DNA of 60,382 nt, counting the filler. It is 3 parts of 3 records of this genome, joined end to end, with 100 filler letters (N's around TTAATTAATTAA, not from the genome) between each part and the next. Parts side by side here need not be neighbours in the genome. Positions count along the whole stretch, not along the records: positions 39,330 to 60,382 come from SRR20825006_171; 2 more parts are not named here. The stretch is one strand, 5' to 3'. Positions 48,147 to 57,767 of this stretch are shown one piece after another. A program made the translations under genes and the position numbers. Position 1 is the stretch's first letter; each line of letters opens with the position of its first letter. The notes under the pieces are model-generated. The model did no database searches. It had not been told where the DNA came from and saw only the letters and a program-made list of their open reading frames with translations.

Positions 48147-49073
48147 CTAAAGGAAATCGTCGCAACTCACATAAGCATCAATCACCGCCTGCTCTCCTTT
48201 TGAACCGGGCATTGAATTGCCGTGCTCCATCCCTAAGACTCCTTTAAAACCTTTTTTATGTATGTGCTTAAAAATGTTTTTGTAATTGATCTCACCCGTT
48301 GTAGGCTCTTTTCTTCCCGGGTTGTCTCCCATCTGAAAATAGCCGATTTCCTCCCAACACGCATCAATATTAGGAATCAAGTTTCCTTCCTGAATTTGCT
48401 GATGATACACATCAAATAAGATTTTACAAGCCGGGCTGTCTACTGCTTTACAAATTTGATACGCCTGCGGACTTTCTTTCAAAAATAAACCGGGATGATT
48501 AAAAAAGTTAAGCGGTTCTAAAACCATGGTTAGACCGTGGGGTTCTAACAAAGCCGAAGCTTGCTTTAGACTTTCTACCACGTGCGCGGTTTGGTAATTG
48601 ATATCCTGAGTCATATCAACATAACCCGGCACAACGGTCATCCATTTCGCATTTACGCGCTTAGCAACTTCTATAGACGCTTTAATATCGGCTAAGAACT
48701 CTGCTCTTAGATCTTGTTTACCGCTGGTGAGATTTGGGGCGGTCCAATAGATCTTATGCGCTACAAACACACCCATTTGCATAGAATGCTTTTGTAGTGC
48801 AGCACCTATTTTATTTTGCACATCAACCGGCCTGTTGCGCATTTCGTTATCTTCAAATGCGGTAAAGCCCTGATCTGCCATAAAATTAATTTGAGCTATA
48901 GGATCATCGCCTGCCAGATTCTTAAACATACCCAAATGTGGAGCATAGTTTAAGTTGAAGTGATGTTTAGGCATAGCGGCAAGCCTATGTTGCATCGCAA
49001 ATAGTTCGGGCCCACCTAAAGCCAAAAAGGAACCACTTAGGGCTCCTTTTTGTATAAAACTTCTTCTTTTCAT
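48147..49073 (-). CDS. Tat-exported xylose-isomerase-like TIM barrel (Hyi-like), candidate 3-ketoglycoside eliminase
   Basis: MKRRSFIQ signal, VLEPLN, LFDVYHQQIQEGN, DNPGRKEP, GMEH metal ligands. Confidence 0.8.
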   Translation of the reverse strand: MKRRSFIQKGALSGSFLALGGPELFAMQHRLAAMPKHHFNLNYAPHLGMFKNLAGDDPIAQINFMADQGFTAFEDNEMRNRPVDVQNKIGAALQKHSMQMGVFVAHKIYWTAPNLTSGKQDLRAEFLADIKASIEVAKRVNAKWMTVVPGYVDMTQDINYQTAHVVESLKQASALLEPHGLTMVLEPLNFFNHPGLFLKESPQAYQICKAVDSPACKILFDVYHQQIQEGNLIPNIDACWEEIGYFQMGDNPGRKEPTTGEINYKNIFKHIHKKGFKGVLGMEHGNSMPGSKGEQAVIDAYVSCDDFL

Positions 49074-49711
49074 TAGAGTGACATCGTTTTTCCGCCGCCG
49101 GCTTCTTCCGTAGAAATACAGCCGAGATACGCTCCTGGAATTGGATCATACCAAAGTACGTTTTCGCCAACGGCCTCAGAGTTCTTCCAAGCCCAAATAC
49201 CCAGATCGCGTACCGCATTGAGATACGCATAAGAACCTGCGTGTGCATCAAAATCAGCTTCAGGCGCTTCGGGATCTTGCGTTTCAGAAATACGCTTTAA
49301 ATATCCATTACGCGTTTCTTCATCTGCACCAAGATACTTAGCAACAGCCTGCTCAAAATCTTCGGCATCACCATCTTCGAGTTCTTTATCAAAGTTTTCT
49401 TTAAAGCTTAATGCAAAAGCATTAGCACCTGCTTTAAACTCTTCACGTTGTTTATCTCCAGCAACCTCATCCATATAGCTATCAATAAATTGAGCAATAT
49501 TCAATTCTGAAGCTCCCGGAGTATCGGTTTTTGGTAGAATCACATCAAGTACCTGAGTTAATGCATACCCATTAGCCGCATTCATAAAAACCGGCTCCCA
49601 ATCGCTTTTTGGTTCGCTTTTACAGCTCTGTAAAATATTAAATACCGCCGGAGCCGCTATCACATAACCAGCACCCAGACCTAAATTTTTTAATACCTGT
49701 CTCCTTTTCAT
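49073..49711 (-). CDS. Gluconate-2-dehydrogenase subunit-3 family (LacC-like Tat partner subunit)
   Basis: MKRRQVLK signal, ILPKTDTPGA..L.IAQFID, YDPIPG.Y.GC. Directly downstream of the GMC gene. Confidence 0.82.
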   Translation of the reverse strand: MKRRQVLKNLGLGAGYVIAAPAVFNILQSCKSEPKSDWEPVFMNAANGYALTQVLDVILPKTDTPGASELNIAQFIDSYMDEVAGDKQREEFKAGANAFALSFKENFDKELEDGDAEDFEQAVAKYLGADEETRNGYLKRISETQDPEAPEADFDAHAGSYAYLNAVRDLGIWAWKNSEAVGENVLWYDPIPGAYLGCISTEEAGGGKTMSL

Positions 49712-49713
49712 AA

Positions 49714-51423
49714 TTAAGCGAATTTTCCGTTTTTAAATTGTTCTGCTGCGTGGTTTGCTGCGCGCGCCGTAAATGCCATATAGGTTAGTGACGGGTTCAC
49801 ACAACTTGCAGAAGTCATAAATGAACCATCTGTTACATAAACGTTAGGCACTGTGTGTACTTGATTGTTTCCGTTAAGTACAGATGTTTTAGGATCACGT
49901 CCCATACGAGCAGTTCCCATCTCGTGAATACCTAGACCCGGAGCTCCTGGATTATCATAGGTTTGCACATCTTTAAAGCCGGCATTGGTAAGCATTTCTG
50001 CTGCCTGCTGCTTCATATCTTTACGCATTTCCCACTCATTCTCTTTCCACTCAGCATCAAAGGTAATAGTAGGCAATCCCCATTTGTCTAATTTATCATA
50101 GTCAAGGGTCATTTTATTTTCGTGATACGGAAGACACTCTCCAAAGGCATTGATCCCGATCGTCCAACCTCCCGGTTCAGAGATTGCTTTCTTAAGATCT
50201 TCACCATATTTCATTTCAGAGATCGCTTCGGTCCAATCACCGCGGCTTGCACCACCTTGGTAACCATAACCACGCTTAAAGTTCTTTTGGTCAGAATCAC
50301 CACCAACGTTTCTAAAACGAGGAATGTACAGTCCATTTGCGCGACGACCTTTATAATACTGGTCTTCAAAACCGTCAAATTTTGCTGAAGCACCTACATT
50401 AAAGTGATGGTCCATAATATTGTGACCTAATTCGCCACTATCATTTCCTAATCCGTTAGGAAAACGGTCTGACTTAGATTGCATTAAGATGGAAGCCGAA
50501 GCAATTGCAGATGCACATAAGAAAACAACCTTTGAATTGAAGATCATTTCTTCTTTAGTTTCGGCATCAATTACTTTTACTCCTGTTGCAAGTTTTGTGT
50601 TGTCATCATAGATCACTTCACTCACAATACTAAAAGGTCTTAACGTCATATTTCCTGTACGTTCTGCAGCAGGTAATGTAGACGAGTTAGAGCTAAAGTA
50701 TGCCCCAAACGGACACCCACGCATACAACGGTTTCTGTATTGACACGCAGAACGCCCTTCAAAAGTCTTATCTGTATAGGTGATGTGCGCCGTACGACCA
50801 ATGGTTAAAAGACGATCTTTATAATTTTGCGCCATGTTCTTCTTAAGGTGCTCTTCAACACAGTTAAGCTCCATTGGAGGTCCAAAATTACCATCAGGAA
50901 GTTGTGGCAATCCTAAATTTTCACCACTTACTCCTATATATTCTTCAACCTTATCATACCAAGGTGAAATATCTTTGTAACGTACCGGCCAGTCTACGGC
51001 AATACCTTCTTTTTTATTGGCTTCAAAATCAATATCGCTTAAACGATAACTCTGACGACCCCACATAATTGAACGACCTCCCACGTGATACCCACGCATC
51101 CAGTCAAAACGCTTAGTTTCATTATAAGGGTGCTCTAAGTCGTTTACAAAGAAATGACTGTGCGCCTTGTTTGTAGTATACCCTGTTCGGGCTTGCTTAA
51201 ACTGCTTAGCCTCCTCTTCTTTGGTTGGCTGTCCTTTGAATTTAAAATCCCAAGGATCCATATTCATGGTGGGATAATCTTCAATATGTTTTACCATACG
51301 ACCACGTTCAAGAACAAGTGTCTTCAGACCGTTTTCGCATAATTCTTTGGCAGCCCAGCCACCACTAATTCCTGTACCTACCACAATGGCATCGTACATC
51401 TCTTCAGGTTTAATACTACTCAC
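49714..51423 (-). CDS. GMC-family FAD oxidoreductase, glycoside 3-dehydrogenase (LacA-like)
   Basis: VGTGISGGWAAKEL, RGYHVGGRSIMWGRQ, CQYRNRCMRGCP Fe-S motif, GHNIMDH, HEMGTARMG, CVNPSLT. Confidence 0.88.
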   Translation of the reverse strand: MSSIKPEEMYDAIVVGTGISGGWAAKELCENGLKTLVLERGRMVKHIEDYPTMNMDPWDFKFKGQPTKEEEAKQFKQARTGYTTNKAHSHFFVNDLEHPYNETKRFDWMRGYHVGGRSIMWGRQSYRLSDIDFEANKKEGIAVDWPVRYKDISPWYDKVEEYIGVSGENLGLPQLPDGNFGPPMELNCVEEHLKKNMAQNYKDRLLTIGRTAHITYTDKTFEGRSACQYRNRCMRGCPFGAYFSSNSSTLPAAERTGNMTLRPFSIVSEVIYDDNTKLATGVKVIDAETKEEMIFNSKVVFLCASAIASASILMQSKSDRFPNGLGNDSGELGHNIMDHHFNVGASAKFDGFEDQYYKGRRANGLYIPRFRNVGGDSDQKNFKRGYGYQGGASRGDWTEAISEMKYGEDLKKAISEPGGWTIGINAFGECLPYHENKMTLDYDKLDKWGLPTITFDAEWKENEWEMRKDMKQQAAEMLTNAGFKDVQTYDNPGAPGLGIHEMGTARMGRDPKTSVLNGNNQVHTVPNVYVTDGSFMTSASCVNPSLTYMAFTARAANHAAEQFKNGKFA

Positions 51424-51464
51424 TTTTTATTTAGTTTTTAATAATATAATCTAGCCTATGCTAT

Positions 51465-51472
51465 CAAATATA
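51465..51472 (-). promoter_or_regulatory. Bacteroidota -7 element for the GMC operon
   Basis: CAAATATA reads TATATTTG on the minus strand. Confidence 0.5.
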
Positions 51473-51590
51473 TAAATTTTAAGTTATTTTTTAGATAAAC
51501 CAAAAAAAGTATAATTTAGAGAACTTATATATTTATCGGGGGTTAAGCAGGTTTTTCAACCCACCAACAACAACCTAAATTGCTTATTCA

Positions 51591-52568
51591 ATGAACGTTA
51601 AACTCGCATTGACAGCTCTTTTTGCAGTAGCTGTCTTCTCGTGTAAAAGCGAAAAAAAAACTGAAAAAAATTCTAATGAAAGCGTTGTAGTAGCCCAAAA
51701 ACAGCCATTTTTTAAAATTTCACTGGCGCAATGGTCACTCAACGAAGCCATAAGAAATGGCGAAATGAACCCTTTGGATTTTGCCGAAAAAGCACACGAA
51801 ATGGGTTTTGAAGGGATTGAGTACGTAAGTCAGCTGTATACTCCGATGATGGAAACTTACGACAACGATCAAGTTGCACTAGATTCTATTCTTCCTAAGT
51901 TAAAAGCTAAAAGCGCCGAGTTTGAAGTACAAAACGTTCTTATCATGGTTGATGGTGAAGGAAACCTTGCCGCCGAAAGTGAGTCTGAACGTGATCAAGC
52001 TGTTGAAGACCACAAAAAATGGGTAGATGCCGCAAAATATTTAGGCTGTCATGCCATTCGTGTAAATCTTATTGGTGCTGCTGATCGTAACGTATGGAAA
52101 ACCAGCGCGATCGATGGATTAAAAAAGTTAGCCGAATATGGCGCTACTCAAGACATTGAAGTCGTGGTTGAAAATCACGGAGGCTTTTCTTCTGATGCTG
52201 CTTTACTTATGGAAGTGATCAATGCGATTGATATGGAGAATTGCGGTACGCTGCCCGACTTTGGTAACTTTTGCCTAGAACGCGAAAACGGCGAAATGTG
52301 GGGAGCACCTTGTGTTAAAGAGTATGACAAATACAAAGGTGTCGCAGAATTGATGCCAAAAGCACTTGCCGTAAGCGCCAAGACCTATGACTTTAATGAA
52401 GCCGGTGAAGAAACCTCAATGGACTTTACTAAAATTCTTCAGACGGTAAAAGATGCCGGATACACCGGTTTTATAGGTGTAGAATATGAAGGCGAAAACC
52501 ACACACCAGAAGAAGGCATTATGCTCACTAAAGAGCTTTTGATCAATACCGCTCAAAATTTAAAATAA
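51591..52568 (+). CDS. Sugar-phosphate-isomerase/epimerase TIM-barrel lipoprotein, candidate 3-ketoglycoside lyase
   Basis: Lipobox VFSC, ISLAQWSL, VENHGG, LPDFGNF, SAK, GVEYEG. Confidence 0.82.
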   Translation: MNVKLALTALFAVAVFSCKSEKKTEKNSNESVVVAQKQPFFKISLAQWSLNEAIRNGEMNPLDFAEKAHEMGFEGIEYVSQLYTPMMETYDNDQVALDSILPKLKAKSAEFEVQNVLIMVDGEGNLAAESESERDQAVEDHKKWVDAAKYLGCHAIRVNLIGAADRNVWKTSAIDGLKKLAEYGATQDIEVVVENHGGFSSDAALLMEVINAIDMENCGTLPDFGNFCLERENGEMWGAPCVKEYDKYKGVAELMPKALAVSAKTYDFNEAGEETSMDFTKILQTVKDAGYTGFIGVEYEGENHTPEEGIMLTKELLINTAQNLK

Positions 52569-52584
52569 TCTCAAAATACCATAC

Positions 52585-53814
52585 ATGAAACCACTTGTTC
52601 GATTTCAATTATCACTAATGATGTTCCTCGAATTCTTTATTTGGGGAGGCTGGTTTGTAACCCTGGGAACATTTTTAGGAAACAATTTAGAGGCCTCCGG
52701 CGCACAAAGCGCAATGGCATTCTCAACCCAATCTTGGGGAGCAATCATTGCACCTTTTATCATTGGGCTTATTGCCGATAAATTTTTTAATGCAGAACGC
52801 ATCTTAGGTGTACTGCATCTCGTGGGTGCATTCTTAATGTATCAAATGAGTCAAACTACAGATTTCGCAGTTTTCTATCCATATGTTCTAGGGTATATGA
52901 TCGCTTATATGCCAACCTTAGCCTTGGTAAACTCGGTTGCATTTAGACAAATGAACAACCCATCAAAAGATTTTGGATGGATTCGTGTTTTTGGAACCAT
53001 AGGTTGGATTGTTGCCGGATTCATCATCAGCCTTTTAGGTTGGGATTCGCAAAGCGGAATTCAAGAAGGTTTATTGAGCAACACCTTTACAATGACCGCT
53101 ATTGCTTCAGCATTTTTAGGAGTTTTCAGCTTTTTATTACCTAAAACACCACCTATTAAATCTGACGAAAATCAATCAATTCTTGAAAAAACAGGGTTGA
53201 GTTCGGTTACGATGCTAAAGAATAAAAACTTCTTGATCTTCTTTATTTCTTCGATCTTGATCTGTATTCCATTAGCGTTTTATTATCAAAACACCAATCC
53301 TTTTTTAACCGAATTGCAAATGGAAAACCCAACCCTTAAACAATCTATCGGGCAAATTTCCGAAGTATTGTTTATGCTTTTAATTCCAGTTTTCCTGTTA
53401 CGCTTCGGTATCAAAAAAACATTGCTTTTTGGGATGTTGGCTTGGGTTATTCGTTATGTCCTCTTTGCATTCGGAAACGCAGACGAACTTTCCTTTATGC
53501 TTCTAATCGGTATCGCCCTTCACGGCGTTTGTTATGATTTCTTCTTTGTTTCGGGACAAATTTACACCGATTCAAAAGCAGGATCGAGCAACAAGAGTGC
53601 TGCTCAGGGACTTATAACATTAGCCACTTACGGGGTAGGAATGTTAATAGGATTTTGGGTTGCAGGCCAAATCACAGATAATTATCTTGTGGGAGAAACT
53701 CACGATTGGAAGACCATTTGGTTGTATCCTGCGGCCTTTGCTGCTGCGGTATTTGTGTTCTTCCTGATCGCATTCAAAAACGAAAAAATAGAATACAAAG
53801 GCGAAAAAGTATAA
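52585..53814 (+). CDS. MFS transporter, nucleoside:H+ symporter (NupG/YegT-like) family
   Basis: MMFLEFFIWGGW, GLIADKFF.AER, IRVFGTIGW, GQISE, LHGVCYDFFFV. Confidence 0.88.
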   Translation: MKPLVRFQLSLMMFLEFFIWGGWFVTLGTFLGNNLEASGAQSAMAFSTQSWGAIIAPFIIGLIADKFFNAERILGVLHLVGAFLMYQMSQTTDFAVFYPYVLGYMIAYMPTLALVNSVAFRQMNNPSKDFGWIRVFGTIGWIVAGFIISLLGWDSQSGIQEGLLSNTFTMTAIASAFLGVFSFLLPKTPPIKSDENQSILEKTGLSSVTMLKNKNFLIFFISSILICIPLAFYYQNTNPFLTELQMENPTLKQSIGQISEVLFMLLIPVFLLRFGIKKTLLFGMLAWVIRYVLFAFGNADELSFMLLIGIALHGVCYDFFFVSGQIYTDSKAGSSNKSAAQGLITLATYGVGMLIGFWVAGQITDNYLVGETHDWKTIWLYPAAFAAAVFVFFLIAFKNEKIEYKGEKV

Positions 53815-53816
53815 CG

Positions 53817-54968
53817 ATGAAAAAATTAAAAATGGGAATGGTCGGTGGCGGCCAAGGCTCTTTTATAGGTGATGTACACAGACGTGCCAGTCGAATAGAT
53901 GGAATGGTAGATTTGGTTTGTGGTGCTTTTAGCAGCAACGCAGAACGTAGTCTAAAATCTGCCGAAGCTTTAGGCGTTGCTCCTGAGCGCGCATATAAAA
54001 GTTTTGAAGAAATGATTAAAAAGGAAGCAGAACTTCCTGAAGATAAGCGCATGGATTTTGTTTCGATCGTAACGCCAAATCATATGCATTTTCCACCGGC
54101 AAAAATGGCTTTAGAGCACGGCTTTCACGTGATTTGTGATAAACCCGTAACACTTAGTCTTGAGGAAGCTTTTGATCTTCAAAAAGTAGTTAAGCAAAGC
54201 GGAAAAGTGTTTGCCTTAACACATAACTACACCGGTTATCCTATGGTAAAGCAAGCGCGTTTAATGATTCAAAACGGAGAGCTTGGCGAGATTAGAAAGG
54301 TTGTCGTGCAGTATCTACAAGGCTGGATGTCTACTGCTGTTGAAGAAACCGAACATAAAGGTGCTTCTTGGCGTGTAGACCCCAGTAAATCTGGCATAGG
54401 CGGTGCGCTTGGCGACATTGGCACCCACGCAGAAAACTTAACCGAATACATCACCGGAAAGAAAATCGTAGAGCTTGCGGCAGACCTTACCAGTTTTGGT
54501 GCCGGTCGCGTGCTGGATGATGATGGCAATATTCTTTTGCGTCTAGAGGATAATGCTAAAGGAACCTTGAGCATCTCGCAAATCGCAACAGGAGAAGAAA
54601 ACAACCTAGCCATTCGCGTTTATGGTACCAAAGGAAGTATCGCTTGGGGACAAGAAAACCCTAATGAACTTACCGCATACTGGCTCGATAAACCAAAACA
54701 GATTTACACGCCTGGCGGAAATGGCACGTATGAAGCTTCTACAGAATATACGCGTGTTCCTCCGGGGCACCCTGAAGGCTACTTAGAAGGTTTTGCAACC
54801 ATTTACCGAAGCTTTGCCAAAGAAGTCCTATCGGTTAAAGATGGAGCAGCAATTAGCGAGCGACCCGATTTCCCGACAATTGATGACGGGTTAAGAGGAA
54901 TGCAATTTATCTATGCTGCTGTGGCGTCAAATGACAACAATTCGGCTTGGGTAAGTCTAAAAGAATAA
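53817..54968 (+). CDS. Cytoplasmic Gfo/Idh/MocA oxidoreductase
   Basis: GMVGGGQGSFIG, VTPNHMH, CDKP, GDIGTH, PPGHPEGYLE. Start moved to ATG 53817. No signal peptide. Confidence 0.88.
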   Translation: MKKLKMGMVGGGQGSFIGDVHRRASRIDGMVDLVCGAFSSNAERSLKSAEALGVAPERAYKSFEEMIKKEAELPEDKRMDFVSIVTPNHMHFPPAKMALEHGFHVICDKPVTLSLEEAFDLQKVVKQSGKVFALTHNYTGYPMVKQARLMIQNGELGEIRKVVVQYLQGWMSTAVEETEHKGASWRVDPSKSGIGGALGDIGTHAENLTEYITGKKIVELAADLTSFGAGRVLDDDGNILLRLEDNAKGTLSISQIATGEENNLAIRVYGTKGSIAWGQENPNELTAYWLDKPKQIYTPGGNGTYEASTEYTRVPPGHPEGYLEGFATIYRSFAKEVLSVKDGAAISERPDFPTIDDGLRGMQFIYAAVASNDNNSAWVSLKE

Positions 54969-54976
54969 TCTTAAAA

Positions 54977-54998
54977 AAGCGTCTCTTAGGAGGCGCTT
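54977..54998 (+). terminator. Intra-operon hairpin
   Basis: AAGCGTCTC-TTAG-GAGGCGCTT followed by a T-rich stretch. Confidence 0.5.
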
Positions 54999-55025
54999 GA
55001 TTTTTTATAAAATAAATCAACTACT

Positions 55026-56078
55026 ATGAAAACCATTAAAGGTCCCGCTGTCTTTCTTGCACAATTTATGGATGATAAAGAACCTTTCAATTCGCTTGAT
55101 GGGTTATGTAAATGGGCAAGTGATCTAGGCTACAAGGGCATTCAAATACCCACTTGGGAAGGTCGCTTGATCGATCTGAAAAAAGCAGCAGAAAGCAAGA
55201 CCTATTGCGATGAATTGAAAGGAAAAGTGCAAAGCTACGGACTAGAAATAACCGAACTGTCTACGCATCTGCAAGGGCAACTGGTTGCCGTGCATCCTGC
55301 TTATGATGAGATGTTTGACAACTTCGCGCCAGACGATTACAAGAACAATCCTAAAAAGCGTCAGGCTTGGGCGGTTGATCAGTTGATGAGTGCTGCAAAA
55401 GCCAGCAGAAATTTAGGGATTGACGTGCACGGTACGTTTAGCGGTTCTTTGCTATGGCATACCTTTCACCCGTGGCCACAACGCCCGCCGGGATTGGTAG
55501 AAATGGGCTTTAAAGAATTGGCAAATAGATGGACTCCTATTTTAAATGCTTTTGACGAGCAAGGGGTTGATGTGTGTTATGAAGTGCATCCGGGAGAAGA
55601 TATTCATGACGGAGTAACTTTTGAACGTTTTCTAGAAGCTACCGGAAATCACAAACGTGCTAATATTCTGTACGACCCCAGTCATTTTGTGCTTCAGCAA
55701 TTAGACTACATCGAGTATATAGATAACTACCACGAGTTTATAAAAATGTTCCACGTTAAGGATTCAGAATTTAATCCTACCGGAAAAAAGGGCGCATTTG
55801 GAGGCTATGGTGATTGGCGAGATCGCGCAGGCCGCTATCGTTCCCTTGGTGATGGGCAAATAGATTTTAAAACCATTTTTACTAAACTCACCGAATATAG
55901 CTGCGATGTCTGGGCGGTGATGGAATGGGAATGTTGTATAAAATCTCCGGAGCAAGGAGCACGCGAAGGCGCACCTTTTATCGCTAGTCACATCATTGAA
56001 GCTACAGAAAAGGCATTTGATGATTTTGCAGGAGCAAAGACCGATGAAGCCAAATTAAAACGAATTTTAGGACTTTAA
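55026..56078 (+). CDS. Cytoplasmic sugar-phosphate isomerase/epimerase (IolE/xylose-isomerase-like TIM barrel)
   Basis: KGPAVFLAQF, HLQGQ, YEVHPGED, YDPSH, FHVKD, RSLGDGQ, MEWEC. Confidence 0.85.
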   Translation: MKTIKGPAVFLAQFMDDKEPFNSLDGLCKWASDLGYKGIQIPTWEGRLIDLKKAAESKTYCDELKGKVQSYGLEITELSTHLQGQLVAVHPAYDEMFDNFAPDDYKNNPKKRQAWAVDQLMSAAKASRNLGIDVHGTFSGSLLWHTFHPWPQRPPGLVEMGFKELANRWTPILNAFDEQGVDVCYEVHPGEDIHDGVTFERFLEATGNHKRANILYDPSHFVLQQLDYIEYIDNYHEFIKMFHVKDSEFNPTGKKGAFGGYGDWRDRAGRYRSLGDGQIDFKTIFTKLTEYSCDVWAVMEWECCIKSPEQGAREGAPFIASHIIEATEKAFDDFAGAKTDEAKLKRILGL

Positions 56079-56088
56079 ACCACAAACA

Positions 56089-56835
56089 ATGAAACAATTA
56101 ATACTGTCGGTAGCCCTTGCTATGGCGCTTTTTACCTCGTGTAAAGAAAAAGCAGAAGAGGCAAAAAGCGAAGAATTAGCAGTAGCTACCACCGAAACAA
56201 CCCAGCCTGAAGATAGCGAATGGGAAGTGCTTTTTGACGGCAATAATCTTGACAAATGGCACGCCTACAACGGCAAAACTCCCACGCAATGGGAAATTGT
56301 TGATGATGCCCTTGTATTTACTCCTGCGGAAAACAGAGATGGGTCTGAAAATCTTGTTACTAATGAAGCATACACCAGCTTTGTTTTAAAAATGGATTGG
56401 ATGATCTCTGAAGGCGGCAACAGCGGAATTATGTGGGCTGTAGAAGAAGACCCAAAATACCACGAGCCCTACGCTACCGGACCTGAAATTCAGATTCTGG
56501 ATGACGAGCGTCACCCGGACACTAAAGCTGGACCTAGCCATAGATCAGGCGCTTTATATGATATGATAGGTGCTCCAGAAGGTGTTGTAAATCCTGCCGG
56601 AGAATGGAACAGCTACGAGATCACTATTGATTACAATACCAATCAAGGCATTATTGTATTGAATGGTGAAGAAGTTGTGACCTTTCCTGTAAAAGGAGAA
56701 GGATGGGAGGATTTAGTGTCAAATTCAAAGTTTGCCAGCTGGGAAGCTTTCGCTAAAACAGACACCGGTCTTATCGCATTACAGGATCACGGACATCAAG
56801 TTTCCTTTAAAAACATAAAAATTAAAAAACTCTAG
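56089..56835 (+). CDS. DUF1080 lipoprotein
   Basis: Lipobox FTSC, LFDG, GNSGI, EIQILD, GALYD, GEWN, IALQDHG. Confidence 0.87.
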   Translation: MKQLILSVALAMALFTSCKEKAEEAKSEELAVATTETTQPEDSEWEVLFDGNNLDKWHAYNGKTPTQWEIVDDALVFTPAENRDGSENLVTNEAYTSFVLKMDWMISEGGNSGIMWAVEEDPKYHEPYATGPEIQILDDERHPDTKAGPSHRSGALYDMIGAPEGVVNPAGEWNSYEITIDYNTNQGIIVLNGEEVVTFPVKGEGWEDLVSNSKFASWEAFAKTDTGLIALQDHGHQVSFKNIKIKKL

Positions 56836-56837
56836 TC

Positions 56838-57641
56838 ATGAATAAAAAATTTATAGTTCCGTTTGTAGCAGCTGGTTTGCTTTTTTCTTGCGATACTTCA
56901 GAAAAGAAAAGCGAAGAAACCACTGCACCGGTTGAAGATACTACTGCCGTAGAAGAAGAAGCTCCTATCACAGATCCTGAAGCTACGGAAGTTTGGGAAC
57001 CGGAACCTGAGGTGGTTTCTTTTGATGAAAATAACGTACCCTCTGATGCTGTGGTTCTTTTTAATGGAGAAAATCTGGATGCTTGGGAAAGCACAAAAGA
57101 TTCTGTGGTTAATGCGCCTTGGCAGATCAATAAAGACGGTTCTATGACCGTTGTAGGCGGTACAGGAGATATTCAGACCAAAGAAAGTTTTGGCGATATG
57201 CAATTGCACGTTGAGTGGCAAGCGCCGCAAGTTGTAGAGGGTGAAGGTCAAGGCCGTGGAAACAGCGGTATTTTCTTGCAAGGTTTATACGAAGTTCAAG
57301 TATTGAATAGCTTTGAAAACCGAACCTATTCAAACGGACAAGCAACTGCGATTTACAAGCAAAGCATTCCGCTGGCTAATGCAACAAAGCCTACTGAAGA
57401 ATGGCAAGCTTATGATATCATCTATCATCAGCCGGAGTTTGACGCGGATGGAAACAAAACCAAAGCGGCTACAGTAACGGTTTTGCACAACGGAGTGCTA
57501 GTACAAGATAATACTGAAATCCAAGGTACAACCGAATACATAGGAAAACCAAAAAATCCGGCGCACGGTGAAGGCCCTATCAAACTTCAAGATCACGGTA
57601 ATCCTGTAAGTTTTAGAAATATCTGGGTACGCAAGCTGTAG
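56838..57641 (+). CDS. DUF1080 lipoprotein
   Basis: Lipobox LFSC, PSDAVVLFNG, GQGRGNSG, YEVQVL, IKLQDHG..VSFRNIW. Confidence 0.87.
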   Translation: MNKKFIVPFVAAGLLFSCDTSEKKSEETTAPVEDTTAVEEEAPITDPEATEVWEPEPEVVSFDENNVPSDAVVLFNGENLDAWESTKDSVVNAPWQINKDGSMTVVGGTGDIQTKESFGDMQLHVEWQAPQVVEGEGQGRGNSGIFLQGLYEVQVLNSFENRTYSNGQATAIYKQSIPLANATKPTEEWQAYDIIYHQPEFDADGNKTKAATVTVLHNGVLVQDNTEIQGTTEYIGKPKNPAHGEGPIKLQDHGNPVSFRNIWVRKL

Positions 57642-57663
57642 GCTATGCTCCCTAAACGAATTG

Positions 57664-57698
57664 TAAAACCCGTAAGCCTGCTTACGGGTTTTATTTTT
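57664..57698 (+). terminator. Intrinsic terminator ending the 3-keto cluster
   Basis: TAAAACCCGTAAG-CCTG-CTTACGGGTTTTA followed by TTTTT. Confidence 0.82.
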
Positions 57699-57767
57699 GT
57701 AGGATAAACTTACACCGCACGAGCAACCCAATAGGTTTTCCTATCTTTGCCGTTTTAAATTAAGTGC

